A stretch of DNA of 62,616 nucleotides, counting the filler, from Candidatus Desantisbacteria bacterium CG1_02_49_89 (lineage in GTDB: Bacteria; Desantisbacteria; UBA1551): the NCBI GenBank assembly GCA_001871075.1. It is 5 parts of 5 records of this genome, joined end to end, with 100 filler letters (N's around TTAATTAATTAA, not from the genome) between each part and the next. Parts side by side here need not be neighbours in the genome. Positions count along the whole stretch, not along the records: positions 32,228 to 43,499 come from MNUP01000001.1; positions 43,600 to 54,335 come from MNUP01000050.1; 3 more parts are not named here. The stretch is one strand, 5' to 3'. The position numbers and the translations under genes are program-made. Position 1 is the stretch's first letter. Each line of letters begins with the position of its first letter. This document shows, piece by piece, positions 41,108-50,355 of the stretch. Below the pieces are notes generated by a model that did no database searches, was not told where the DNA came from, and saw nothing but the letters and a program-made list of their open reading frames with translations.

Positions 41108-43498
41108 TTAATCGATCGTTACCCTGAACCTGAACGTGCCTGTTTCGCCCGCTGAAACGCTGTTCGCGTTGAATATAATCCCGCCCGCGTTTTCATTGAC
41201 GCTGCCCTTGCCGGAAGTCACTGTTTCGCTTCCTGTCACAAAAGCGGTGCCCGGGGAAAGAGAATCAGTAAGAGTAATGGTTTCGGCCGGCCCGCCCTCG
41301 CCTGGCTGAGCCCAGTCGATCCTGAATTCTATGGTATCCCCGGTGAGCATGCTGACCATTGTGTCGGATTCAGTGCCCGACCTGATATTCATTATGTATT
41401 TCTTGATCGAGATCAGATGGGCAGTATAGGTCGCGTTTACCGTATTACTGGAAGGCCCGGCCTTCGTGTCTTCTCCCGAAAGGTTATTAAATATCTTGAC
41501 GACCGCGCGATCCTCAACTGCCGGCATACCGGAAGAGCATGCCATCCTCACGCGCAGATTTACCTCCTTTGTCTGCAAGATCCCCAGGGCACTGAGCTTC
41601 CAGCGCACTCCTTTCACATCTACCGCATCCTGGGCCGGGACGCTTCCCCAGGATTCCCAGTTAACGCAGTTCGGATCAATCGTATATGACCACGAATCCG
41701 CCGCGGGAGACGTATCCATTCCGGCAAAAACCAGCGGATGGTTTACGGAAGTATCAAACGCCGCGGTATCATACACTACCACGGCGGTCGCGGTTTCAGT
41801 GCCCGAGTTGTAAATTGAGACTGAATACTCTATGGTGTCCGGGGAAAGCGCGTATATCGGGGAGGTTGTGGAATCTCCGTGGGAAGGATTTGTCCTGATA
41901 TTTCGCTGGTGTTTGTAGACAGAAAGGACAGGGCCTGTTATCGTCTCGGACTGGCTGTCTGAAAGGTCCTGGGCAACAATTGTTAACGTGGAGGTTCCGC
42001 TCCTGGCATCCCTGTAGTAAAAGGTGCTTACTCCTGACGCGAAGGTTACGACCGTTGTGTCTGACCATGGGGCAGCGGACGCCGAGAACCTGCCTTCGGG
42101 CGAGCCTGATGAAAGCGCTGCCGTGCCGTTGAAAGTGGTGTCTGTCTCCCCGTAATACTGCTCCGCGATGACAGTGATCATCGGAGAGGTCTCATTGCTC
42201 CTGATGGTGAACGCGTAGGAAGTAATGCTGACTGACGCGGAAGAAACTATCAGAACATGGGTCGCTTCCTCAACGTCTGACTCCTCCCTGGACGCGGAAA
42301 TAACGGGAAATCCGGTCTTATAGTCTTTGTAATAAAAATTCCCCTGGCCGCTCACAAAAGTAATATAAGTGTCCGCGCCTGCAGGCGTCCAGGAAATGCC
42401 GTCGGTGGAAAAACTTCTGCTGTCAGAACTGCCGGTTAGCGCGACAGTCTCGTTGAACTGAACGTCTGTGTCTCCATCCGGGTTGTACGCGACAAGATTT
42501 ATTACAGAAGACGTGGCGCCTGATTTGATAGTCTGTTCCGGAGTGATGAATTTCAGGGTGTCGCCTTTCATCCTGAACACTTCCGAGCACTGCGTGGAAC
42601 CCCCCGTATTTGTCACTGTAACGGTCCAGAACCCATACGTATCTGTCCCAACGCCGTTGTATAAATCCAGGAATATCCCCTGGACATCGGTCTTTATCGT
42701 GGTGTTCTTTCTCACCGCGCCTGCGGGGTCCTTCCAGATGGACCTGTAATCCGTATTGGGCGTCAGTCCCCAGGCTTTTGAATATATCTTCTGCCCTATG
42801 GCAAAGTCAACCTGCTCTATCGTGCGGTCAGCATCCCGGTAAGTCCTGACGTCAACGACCGAAGATTCAATCGTTGTGGTCTCTGACTGAAGGGGCCAGG
42901 AAGGATATACTGAACTTACTATGGTGTTCCCTGAATTCGCGTCCTTCGCGTCGAGCGAAACTGTGTCTTTTATCAGGGTCTTGAAGGTTTTTCCTTTCGG
43001 AGCTGTCGGGGAGAAACTCAGGAACACGTCAATTATAAGGGTTTCTGCCTGGTTTATTGTCTTCGGGTCTCCCGAGAAATTGATCGCGGCATTCGTTCCC
43101 TCGGGCATGGATATGGTCTGCAGTATGACGCCTGCGCCGTTTTTCACGACCATTGAATCCAGAACGTCCGTTATAGAGGTATCATTGTTGTTCTTGTCCC
43201 TGAAAGAGAGGACGAAAGAATAAACCTTTACGGCTGCCCCGCCTGCGGGGGAGGTATTGGCAAAGAAGAATCTCTGCGATCTTACGTTGTACTGCCCCTG
43301 TCCGACCGTGTCAGGCATATAGTTCTGTGCAGTGCTTCTCAGGGAAGGGGTGCTCTGGATTGTTACCGCACTGCTTGCGAGCGGCCAGGAGGGAGAAACA
43401 TAACTCAGAACAGTGTCCCCGGAAACTGCATCCCTCGCGTCTATTGCCGCCGCGGTTTCAACCATTGTCTTAAGCGTCAGCCCGGCTGCTGCGGTGTC
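41108..43498 (-). CDS. Large surface protein (5' truncated) with Ig-like repeats and two C-terminal DUF11-like domains, the last one incomplete (putative pilus tip)
   Basis: Frame open to the contig edge; ends ISIKK...GDTIEFRIDW...LTDSLSPG...FRFRVTID*. Confidence 0.8.
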   Translation of the reverse strand, partial: DTAAAGLTLKTMVETAAAIDARDAVSGDTVLSYVSPSWPLASSAVTIQSTPSLRSTAQNYMPDTVGQGQYNVRSQRFFFANTSPAGGAAVKVYSFVLSFRDKNNNDTSITDVLDSMVVKNGAGVILQTISMPEGTNAAINFSGDPKTINQAETLIIDVFLSFSPTAPKGKTFKTLIKDTVSLDAKDANSGNTIVSSVYPSWPLQSETTTIESSVVDVRTYRDADRTIEQVDFAIGQKIYSKAWGLTPNTDYRSIWKDPAGAVRKNTTIKTDVQGIFLDLYNGVGTDTYGFWTVTVTNTGGSTQCSEVFRMKGDTLKFITPEQTIKSGATSSVINLVAYNPDGDTDVQFNETVALTGSSDSRSFSTDGISWTPAGADTYITFVSGQGNFYYKDYKTGFPVISASREESDVEEATHVLIVSSASVSITSYAFTIRSNETSPMITVIAEQYYGETDTTFNGTAALSSGSPEGRFSASAAPWSDTTVVTFASGVSTFYYRDARSGTSTLTIVAQDLSDSQSETITGPVLSVYKHQRNIRTNPSHGDSTTSPIYALSPDTIEYSVSIYNSGTETATAVVVYDTAAFDTSVNHPLVFAGMDTSPAADSWSYTIDPNCVNWESWGSVPAQDAVDVKGVRWKLSALGILQTKEVNLRVRMACSSGMPAVEDRAVVKIFNNLSGEDTKAGPSSNTVNATYTAHLISIKKYIMNIRSGTESDTMVSMLTGDTIEFRIDWAQPGEGGPAETITLTDSLSPGTAFVTGSETVTSGKGSVNENAGGIIFNANSVSAGETGTFRFRVTID

Positions 43499-43499
43499 G

Positions 43500-43599
43500 N
43501 NNNNNNNNNNNNNNNNNNNNNNNNNNNNNNNNNNNNNNNNNNNTTAATTAATTAANNNNNNNNNNNNNNNNNNNNNNNNNNNNNNNNNNNNNNNNNNNN
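43500..43599. other. Artificial contig linker
   Basis: N-run with TTAATTAATTAA. Confidence 0.98.
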
Positions 43600-44016
43600 T
43601 CATTAAAAGAAAATAAGGTAAAATTCGTTATCATAGGCGCCACTGCTTTTCCTGTGCACGGTTACAGCAGGGCAACCCTTGACATTGACATATTTATAGA
43701 AAAAACGCCGGTAAACGCCGGGAGAACCCTGAAGGCGCTTGGAGGATTCGGTTACGATGTCTCAGATATCAGCGTGAAGGATTTGTTGTCAAAAAAGATA
43801 CTTATACGCCAGTATATCCTGGAAACGGATATCCATCCGTTTGTGGCGGGAGCGACTTTTAAAAAGGTCTGGAAAAATAAGGTTGCGGGCAAGATCGGCT
43901 CGACCGGAGCCTATTTTTCAGGCTTAAGCGACCTGATAAAAATGAAAAAGGCGGCAGGGCGCGCAAAAGATAAAGAGGACCTGAAAGTTCTTTTAAAGCT
44001 GAAGAAAAAGAAATAG
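43600..44016 (+). CDS. Nucleotidyltransferase-like protein (DUF6036-like), 5' truncated
   Basis: FVIIGATAFPVHGYSRATLDIDIF...DLIKMKKAAGRAKDKEDL. Confidence 0.7.
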   Translation, partial: SLKENKVKFVIIGATAFPVHGYSRATLDIDIFIEKTPVNAGRTLKALGGFGYDVSDISVKDLLSKKILIRQYILETDIHPFVAGATFKKVWKNKVAGKIGSTGAYFSGLSDLIKMKKAAGRAKDKEDLKVLLKLKKKK

Positions 44017-44214
44017 ATATATGGCCGAGCGGGTCTACAGCAAAGGGGTGATCAGATGTTAGTAAAAAAGGTGTCAGGTCTTGACATGTGACATATTTAT
44101 GGTGTAGTGCCCCGCTAATATAGATAGAAGTCGGAAAGCAGACGGGCAGGTGGTTTGGCGTGTCCCAGTTTAACCTTGAGCCACTATTTCAATAAAATTA
44201 TAGATGGAAATTAA

Positions 44215-44250
44215 AAGCCGGTCGCTATTGCAGGGCCGGTTTTTTTATTT
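44215..44250 (+). terminator. Rho-independent terminator-like hairpin
   Basis: AAAGCCGGTC...GGCCGGTTTTTTT. Confidence 0.55.
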
Positions 44251-44370
44251 TACCTCTCCTTATAGCCTATTATCTTGACTTTTTCAGGTTTTAATATATA
44301 ATAGACTTGCATAATTAGATGCTATTATCAATATATATAAAAGCATGGGTTAATTAGTTCAGGATAGAAG

Positions 44371-44631
44371 ATGTATTATGTTTATGTGCTAAAAAGTAGA
44401 AGTATAAAGCGTAGTTATGTAGGATGCTCAAATAATCCAGCAGAACGTTTAAAAGCCCATAATTCAGGTTTGGTGCAATCCACTAAAAACGGACGGCCCT
44501 GGCGGATTATTTATACTGAAGAATTAGATTCTTATGCGGAAGCTCGTCGTCGTGAGCATTATTTTAAAACTGGCGGCGGCCGTAGAAGAATAAAAAGGAT
44601 CTTGGAAGGATTGTCCACCCGTATCACCTAA
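44371..44631 (+). CDS. Small GIY-YIG nuclease
   Basis: MYYVYVLKS...YVGCS...RLKAHNSG...TK..RPW...ARRREHYFKTGGGR; upstream TTGACT-16-TATAAT at 44275-44302. Confidence 0.9.
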   Translation: MYYVYVLKSRSIKRSYVGCSNNPAERLKAHNSGLVQSTKNGRPWRIIYTEELDSYAEARRREHYFKTGGGRRRIKRILEGLSTRIT

Positions 44632-44835
44632 AGGTGATCGGGCGAGACCTCATTAAAAAATATTTCGGGTTGGGATCCGCCCGTTCCGCCCACTTCGTGG
44701 TCGAGACTGGGCGAGATCTCGCCCACTTGAAACCGGAGTAACCAGTTGAGTGGATGGGTGTCCGCCCATATCGTTTGCCTTTGGCAGAACGATTGGGCGA
44801 GACCTCGCCCGTTCGCCCGATGGCGAAACGGGCGG

Positions 44836-44922
44836 GGAGAGGTGGCCGAGCGGTTGATGGCACCGGTCTTGAAAACCGGCATTGACGCAAGTCAATCGTG
44901 AGTTCGAATCTCACCCTCTCCG
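44836..44922 (+). tRNA. tRNA-Ser(TGA)
   Basis: GGAGAGG/CCTCTCC acceptor stem, CCGGT-CTTGAAA-ACCGG anticodon arm, long variable arm, GTTCGAATC; CCA not encoded. Confidence 0.95.
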
Positions 44923-45184
44923 TGTTCCTTCTGCTGCGCAGAAGGAACAGAGTCCCGATGTTACATCGGGATGGTCTATTGCTCCATTTTCTATTTTCAG
45001 ATATTTTTTCAGCTAATACAAACGCATTAAGTAACTTGTCGTTGCGAGGAGTGAAGCGATGAAGCAATTTCGGTTTTAACGATGAGATTGCCACACTCAC
45101 TTCGTTCGTTCGCAATGACACTATCAGGTTATTTTGTGCGTTTGTATTTGTCAGTTACTTGTTACTGTATCTAAAGGAGTATCC

Positions 45185-46309
45185 ATGGCTGATTATAAAA
45201 AAGTAATGAAGACCGTGCTGGTAGTGCTGCTTTTGCTGACAGGGCTTCTGATGGCTATGGGCCCGTATATCACGAAATACACGCAGGGGAAATACTATAA
45301 GAAGTATTACGGAGCCGAGGAGATCAATCCCGCTGACCTGAAAGATCATCCCGCTTCCTTCCGCATCAAAGGTATGACCCGGATCTCCTTCGATAAGCAA
45401 TACTTTCAGCCAGCGGCGCTGCAGATGATCGCCGCGAAACACGGCGTCAGGCAGGGCATCGGTTATTTTAATTTCCTAATGGGTTTCACATACGGAATGT
45501 TTTACAGGCCTGACATGCCCGCGCCCATGTTCACTAATGATCCCATACTGGGTTTCAAATATGCCGCGCCGTTTCTGGGCCTTAAAATGAAATTTCTTAT
45601 CACGGATGACAGGGATGTTTTCCTGAAAGCGGTCAAATTCCACGTTTCCAGGGACCATCCGGTCGTGATCGAGGTGGACGCGGGCGCCCTGCGCGGCGAA
45701 ACCGTTTTTATCGCGCACCCGGAGGTTATCGCCGGGTACAGCGAAAAAGGATTTGAATACATGGAGGCGGACGGCAGGGTCAGGCCGGGAGCCGGCGTTC
45801 TTACGGCAACCAGCGACTCGATGGTCGCGGCGATGCTCAGCCAGTCAAAGGCGTTCATGAGCCCCCGCAAGTTCTCCATCATTATTTTTGAGCCGGCAGA
45901 AGAAAAGAAAACAGACCTGGGGGAAGTTTTCAAGCAGAACGGCGAGTCGCTCATAGGTAAGAAATACGGGGTCATAAGCGTTATGGGCACCGGTTCTTTC
46001 GCCCTGCAGCAGTTTTCAGCCGCGTTGAAGAAGAAGGGTATGTCAGGCGGCCTTTCTTTGATCGAGCCCGCCCCTTACATGCGCGCGGACAACGCTTCCT
46101 TCCTGCTTGAATATTTTCCGGCAGACGAAGACATAAAAAATGCCGCGGCCCAGCTGAAAGAGGCGGGCGCGAAATACGTGAAGGTGCTGGAGCTTTTAAA
46201 ATCCGCTGACAAAGCCAGGGCTGAAGAAGCTTCAGGGCTGGTGAACGAGGCTGCCGCGCTTGAAAAAAGCGCCGGTGAGATCTTCCTGAAGAAAGCGGGT
46301 GTAAAATGA
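45185..46309 (+). CDS. Membrane-anchored hypothetical protein, BtrH-N/papain-like fold suspected
   Basis: N-terminal TM; PVVIEVD...HPEVIAGY resembles BtrH-N; family call tentative. Confidence 0.5.
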   Translation: MADYKKVMKTVLVVLLLLTGLLMAMGPYITKYTQGKYYKKYYGAEEINPADLKDHPASFRIKGMTRISFDKQYFQPAALQMIAAKHGVRQGIGYFNFLMGFTYGMFYRPDMPAPMFTNDPILGFKYAAPFLGLKMKFLITDDRDVFLKAVKFHVSRDHPVVIEVDAGALRGETVFIAHPEVIAGYSEKGFEYMEADGRVRPGAGVLTATSDSMVAAMLSQSKAFMSPRKFSIIIFEPAEEKKTDLGEVFKQNGESLIGKKYGVISVMGTGSFALQQFSAALKKKGMSGGLSLIEPAPYMRADNASFLLEYFPADEDIKNAAAQLKEAGAKYVKVLELLKSADKARAEEASGLVNEAAALEKSAGEIFLKKAGVK

Positions 46310-47334
46310 GCTATGAAAGAGGGTGGGCCGCGCTTAATTTAAAAATGCCGGATACCATACCGCACACTGAATACTGCTCGCACCCCGGTCTGGTAAGGCA
46401 CATTACGGGGATCGACCCGAACGTTGACGGCAGCGCCTGGCGCAAGTTCATGGAGATCACGGACTACGACATACTGTGGTATTCAAACGACGGGCCTGAG
46501 TGGAAAGGCCGGTTGACAAATATGGGCCACGCGGTGTTCGCGGAAGGCGGCACGGATTACAATTCCGACATCCAATGCCCGTTCAAAACCCCTGAGGACG
46601 TGCTGGATTTTGATCCTGTTAAGGAATACGGCGTCCCGGATATCGACGAAAGGGCGAAGTTTTTTACAGACATATGGAAGGCGGAACAGGGCGCGAGCCC
46701 GTTCCTTGTATGCCCGGGCGGGTATTACAGGACGGTTGTTTCGGCGTGCATAGCGGCTTTCGGCTGGGAGATGTTCCTTTCCGCGGCTCCGCTGGATTAC
46801 GAAAAATTCGGCAGGGTGCTGGACGGGTTCGCTGAGATCACCATGGCGAACGTGAAGGCGTGGGCGAAGACGGATATCAAATTCTTTATCCAGCACGATG
46901 ATATGGTCTGGACCGAAGGGGCGATATTCCACCCGGAGTGGTACAGGAAATACGTATTCCCGAAATATAAGAAATTCTGGAAGGTCCTGAAAGACGCAGG
47001 GAAGATAGTGCTCTTCTGCTCTGACGGCAATTTTACCGAGTTTGTGGATGACATAGCGGGCGCGGGGGCTGACGGGTTCATATTCGAGCCGCTGACCGAC
47101 CTGAAATATATCGTTGAGAAATACGGGAAAACGAAAGTGATAGTGGGGAACATAGATACAAGGGCGCTTACTTTCGGCACCAAAGAAGCCGTGAAGGCGG
47201 AGGTAGAGCGCTGCTATGACCTCGGGAGGAAATGCCCGGGTTATTTCTTCGCGGTGGGTAACCACATCCCGCACAATATACCTCTTGAGAACGCGCTGTA
47301 TTATCTTGAACTTATCCGGGACCGGCGCAGGTAA
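46306..47334 (+). CDS. Uroporphyrinogen decarboxylase/MtaA-CmuA-family protein
   Basis: HDDM...FHPEWYRKYVFP...FCSDGN...GNID...GYFFAVGNHIP. Confidence 0.85.
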   Translation: MSYERGWAALNLKMPDTIPHTEYCSHPGLVRHITGIDPNVDGSAWRKFMEITDYDILWYSNDGPEWKGRLTNMGHAVFAEGGTDYNSDIQCPFKTPEDVLDFDPVKEYGVPDIDERAKFFTDIWKAEQGASPFLVCPGGYYRTVVSACIAAFGWEMFLSAAPLDYEKFGRVLDGFAEITMANVKAWAKTDIKFFIQHDDMVWTEGAIFHPEWYRKYVFPKYKKFWKVLKDAGKIVLFCSDGNFTEFVDDIAGAGADGFIFEPLTDLKYIVEKYGKTKVIVGNIDTRALTFGTKEAVKAEVERCYDLGRKCPGYFFAVGNHIPHNIPLENALYYLELIRDRRR

Positions 47335-47453
47335 TTGCAGATCGCCGGCTTACAAGCTTATAAGTTTACAAGTTTACAAAGTTTACAAAGTAAATACTGT
47401 TTTATCTGTATGAATTCGTTCTACTAATCCGTATGCATCCGTGGATTTAAAAA

Positions 47454-48181
47454 ATGAGGCTGACAATAATTGCCTGCGAGATCCTGTTCAGGGAAATTTC
47501 CTGGTGCGTTTCGCGGTCAGAAAATGTGGTTGACGTCAGGTTCCTGCGCAAGGGCCTGCACGACCTGGGCGAGAAGGAGATGGTTGCCGCGCTCCAGAAA
47601 GAAATAGATTCGGTTGAACCTGAAAGGAGCGAGGCAATACTGCTTGGTTACGGGCTGTGCAATAACGGGATAAGGGGCCTGCGATCGAAAAAGTCGAAGC
47701 TGGTTGTGCCAAGGGCGCATGACTGCATCACCCTGCTGCTCGGTTCAAAGGAACGCTACAGGCAGTATTTTGACGCGAACCCCGGGACGTATTTCAGGTC
47801 AACAGGCTGGGCTGAAAGGGATGTTCCCGCAGAGCAGAAAGGCGCGTATACCCAGCTGGGGTTGCTGCCGACTTATGAAGAATATGTAAAAAAATACGGA
47901 GAGGACAACGCGAAATTCCTGATGGAAACGATGGGTTCCTGGGAGAAAAACTACAGCAGGATGGCATACGTGGACATGGGGATACCGGAATTCCCGGATT
48001 ACAGCGAGAACGCAAAAAAAGAAGCGGAAGAAAAAAATGGCGGTTTGAAACAGTGAAGGGCGACATTGGGCTGATAAAAAGGCTTATTGACGGCGGGTGG
48101 GACAGTAAAGATTTCCTTGTTCTGGACCCCGGCGAAAAGATCACGGCAACGTACGATGAAGGCATAATCAGTAAAACTTAA
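47454..48181 (+). pseudogene. DUF1638-domain protein with a frameshift in an A7 run
   Basis: IIACE...GLH...LLGYGLC...DCITLLLGS. After A7 (48031-48037) the -1 frame reads WRFETVKGDIGLIKRLIDGGWDSKDFLVLDPGE...*, the expected C-terminus. Confidence 0.8.
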
Positions 48182-48314
48182 TTGCAAATTTCAAATTGCA
48201 AATTTTAAAAGTCAAATTTTTACTTGTCCCGAAGGGATCCCTTTGGGATAAACTCTGTAAACTTTTTTACTCTGACACTTTGATACTCTGACTCTTTGAC
48301 ACTGTTTTTATGGT

Positions 48315-48389
48315 GCGCCTGTAGCTCAATTGGATCAGAGCATTTGCCTACGGAGCAAAAGGCTGGGCGTTCGAGTCGCCCCAGGCGCA
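48315..48389 (+). tRNA. tRNA-Arg(ACG)
   Basis: GCGCCTG/CAGGCGC acceptor stem, TTTGC-CTACGGA-GCAAA anticodon arm, GTTCGAGTC; CCA not encoded. Confidence 0.95.
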
Positions 48390-48479
48390 TTTTTCCCCGT
48401 TGGGGAAAAATAGAGTCCCGATGTAACATCGGGACGGTCTATTCTCTATTCTCTATTTTCATTTTTTATTGGAGGGAAC

Positions 48480-49484
48480 ATGAAAAAATTATCAAAAAGA
48501 ACGTGGGCGTGGATCATTATACTTGTCGTGGTGGCAGCGGGCGTTGTCCTGAATAACATCAAGGGCAAAGACAGCGTATCATCGGCAAGCTCTATGGTAA
48601 AGAAGCCCGTTAAAGTGCTGACAGGCCGCAAGTTCTACAAGCAGAGGTATGTTACCGGTGACGAAGCCGCCCCCGACAAAGTGGCGATAATAAACATAGT
48701 GGGTGAGATCTCAAATTCCAGGTATGGCCCTTCATACCGCAGGGGAATGGTTGACGAGCTAATAGACCAGATGAAAGAGGCCGAAAAAGACAACAGCATA
48801 AAGGCGGTCCTGCTGGACATCAATTCTCCGGGAGGCCCGATAATCGACGCTGACCTTGTTTACGAGAAGATCAAAAAATTAGCGGAAAAAAAGACGGTTG
48901 TGGCTTACCTGGACAGGACCGCTGCCTCGGGCGGTTATTATATAGCCTGCGCAGCGAAGAAAATAGTCTCTCATCCGCTTACGCTCACGGGTAATATAGG
49001 CGTGATAATGGATTATATGAACCTCAGCAACCTGTTGGGTAAAAAACTCGGTGTTGAGATGGGCGTGATAAAGAGCGGCAGGTACAAGGACATAGGTTCC
49101 CCGTACCGCTCAATGGATGTAAGCGAAAGGAAAATGCTGCAGGGCCTGGTGGATGAAGCGCACAGCAGGTTTGTTCAGGTTGTTTCCGCAGGCCGCAATA
49201 TCCCGGAAAGCAAACTCGCGAACATTGCTGACGGAAGGATATTCTCGGGCGCGCAGGCAAAGAAGGCGGGCCTTGTGGACGAGCTGGGCAGCCAGGAGGA
49301 CGCGATAGAGATAACCAAGAACCTGTGCGGCCTGAAAAAAGCCCAGGTTATTGAGTATTATACAACGCCAAAATTAAGGGACTGGTTGTTAGGAAAATTT
49401 GAAGATACTAAAATAAAGGGAACTTTCAGCAGCCTGCCTGAGCCGGCATTGAAATACCTGTGGATGCCAAGCGTAGAACGCTAG
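48480..49484 (+). CDS. sppA: Signal peptide peptidase SppA (S49)
   Basis: INSPGG, AASGGYYIA, TGNIGV, KSGRYKD, DGRIFSGAQA...GLVDELG. Confidence 0.92.
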   Translation: MKKLSKRTWAWIIILVVVAAGVVLNNIKGKDSVSSASSMVKKPVKVLTGRKFYKQRYVTGDEAAPDKVAIINIVGEISNSRYGPSYRRGMVDELIDQMKEAEKDNSIKAVLLDINSPGGPIIDADLVYEKIKKLAEKKTVVAYLDRTAASGGYYIACAAKKIVSHPLTLTGNIGVIMDYMNLSNLLGKKLGVEMGVIKSGRYKDIGSPYRSMDVSERKMLQGLVDEAHSRFVQVVSAGRNIPESKLANIADGRIFSGAQAKKAGLVDELGSQEDAIEITKNLCGLKKAQVIEYYTTPKLRDWLLGKFEDTKIKGTFSSLPEPALKYLWMPSVER

Positions 49485-49690
49485 CTGAAAGCTCAAAAAT
49501 AAAAAATTTCCACGAAAACACGAAAGTACCACGAAAACACGAAATAAGCTTTCTATAGTGATTAAAAAGCTTTTGGCTAAAACGGGAAGAATAAAATGTA
49601 GTTTGAATCTTTCCGAATCCCTGTTAAAAAAGTTTTAACACCGTAATCATTAGTTTGAAATCACCGTAATCAGAAAAATAAGGAGGAAGA

Positions 49691-50257
49691 ATGGAATCAG
49701 CATCTGATGTTAAATACGCGGGATTCTGGATAAGGTTTCTGGCGTCAATACTGGACTGGCTCGTTTTTATGGGAGCTTCCGCGGTCATCCAGTTTTTAAT
49801 GACAGGTAAAATGACATCCGAGATCCCGGATCTGTCAGGCCTGGTGGAATCAACAAGTAATTATGCTCTGATCTTCAAAGCGCTTTATGAGGCCTTTCTG
49901 CCTGTGATGAAGGTTTTCTACGTCACAATGTTTGTGAACATAGCGTATTCTGTCGTGCTCACCGGGAAATTCGGGGCAACGCTGGGCAAGATGGCGGTCG
50001 GCATAAAGGTGGTAAAAGAGGACCTGCAGCCCGTCGGGTTCGGCAAGGCCGTTGTCAGGGAATTCCTGGTAAAAGACCTTTTGTACGTTGTCCTGTTCTT
50101 TATTTCCTGGCTTGGTTACCTTTGGGTCGCGTGGGACCCAAAGAAGCAGGGCTGGCACGACAAGATAGCAAGAACAGTGGTTATAAAAGAACCAAAAGAA
50201 GTTCCGCCAGTTCCGAATCAGCCACAGGGTTCCGGTCCAGGGCAAGCCCCGGTTTAA
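49691..50257 (+). CDS. RDD-family membrane protein
   Basis: YAGFWIRFLASILD...GATLGKMAVGIKVV...KQGWHDKIARTVV. Confidence 0.9.
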   Translation: MESASDVKYAGFWIRFLASILDWLVFMGASAVIQFLMTGKMTSEIPDLSGLVESTSNYALIFKALYEAFLPVMKVFYVTMFVNIAYSVVLTGKFGATLGKMAVGIKVVKEDLQPVGFGKAVVREFLVKDLLYVVLFFISWLGYLWVAWDPKKQGWHDKIARTVVIKEPKEVPPVPNQPQGSGPGQAPV

Positions 50258-50355
50258 AGCCGTCGAGCGTCGTATGTCGTAAGCCGTTCGTTAATTAATT
50301 TAATATTTTGCGTGCGACGCACGACGTACGACGTACGACAAATAAGATATACAAC

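Noticed and set aside
41108-43498. Idea that this ORF is the missing end of the giant gene at 1-14667
   Set aside because: Both have their own divergent copy of the same DUF11 region, so they look like paralogous tails; a join cannot be shown.
44603-44765. Apparent tRNA-Ser 5' fragments (GGAAGGATTGTCC, GGATGGGTGTCCG)
   Set aside because: The TGTCC part belongs to the two-hairpin repeat, which also occurs away from tRNAs; no cloverleaf can be built.
44624-45121. 165-aa minus-strand ORF, and 48296..48556
   Set aside because: They overlap tRNA genes and palindromic repeats; spurious.
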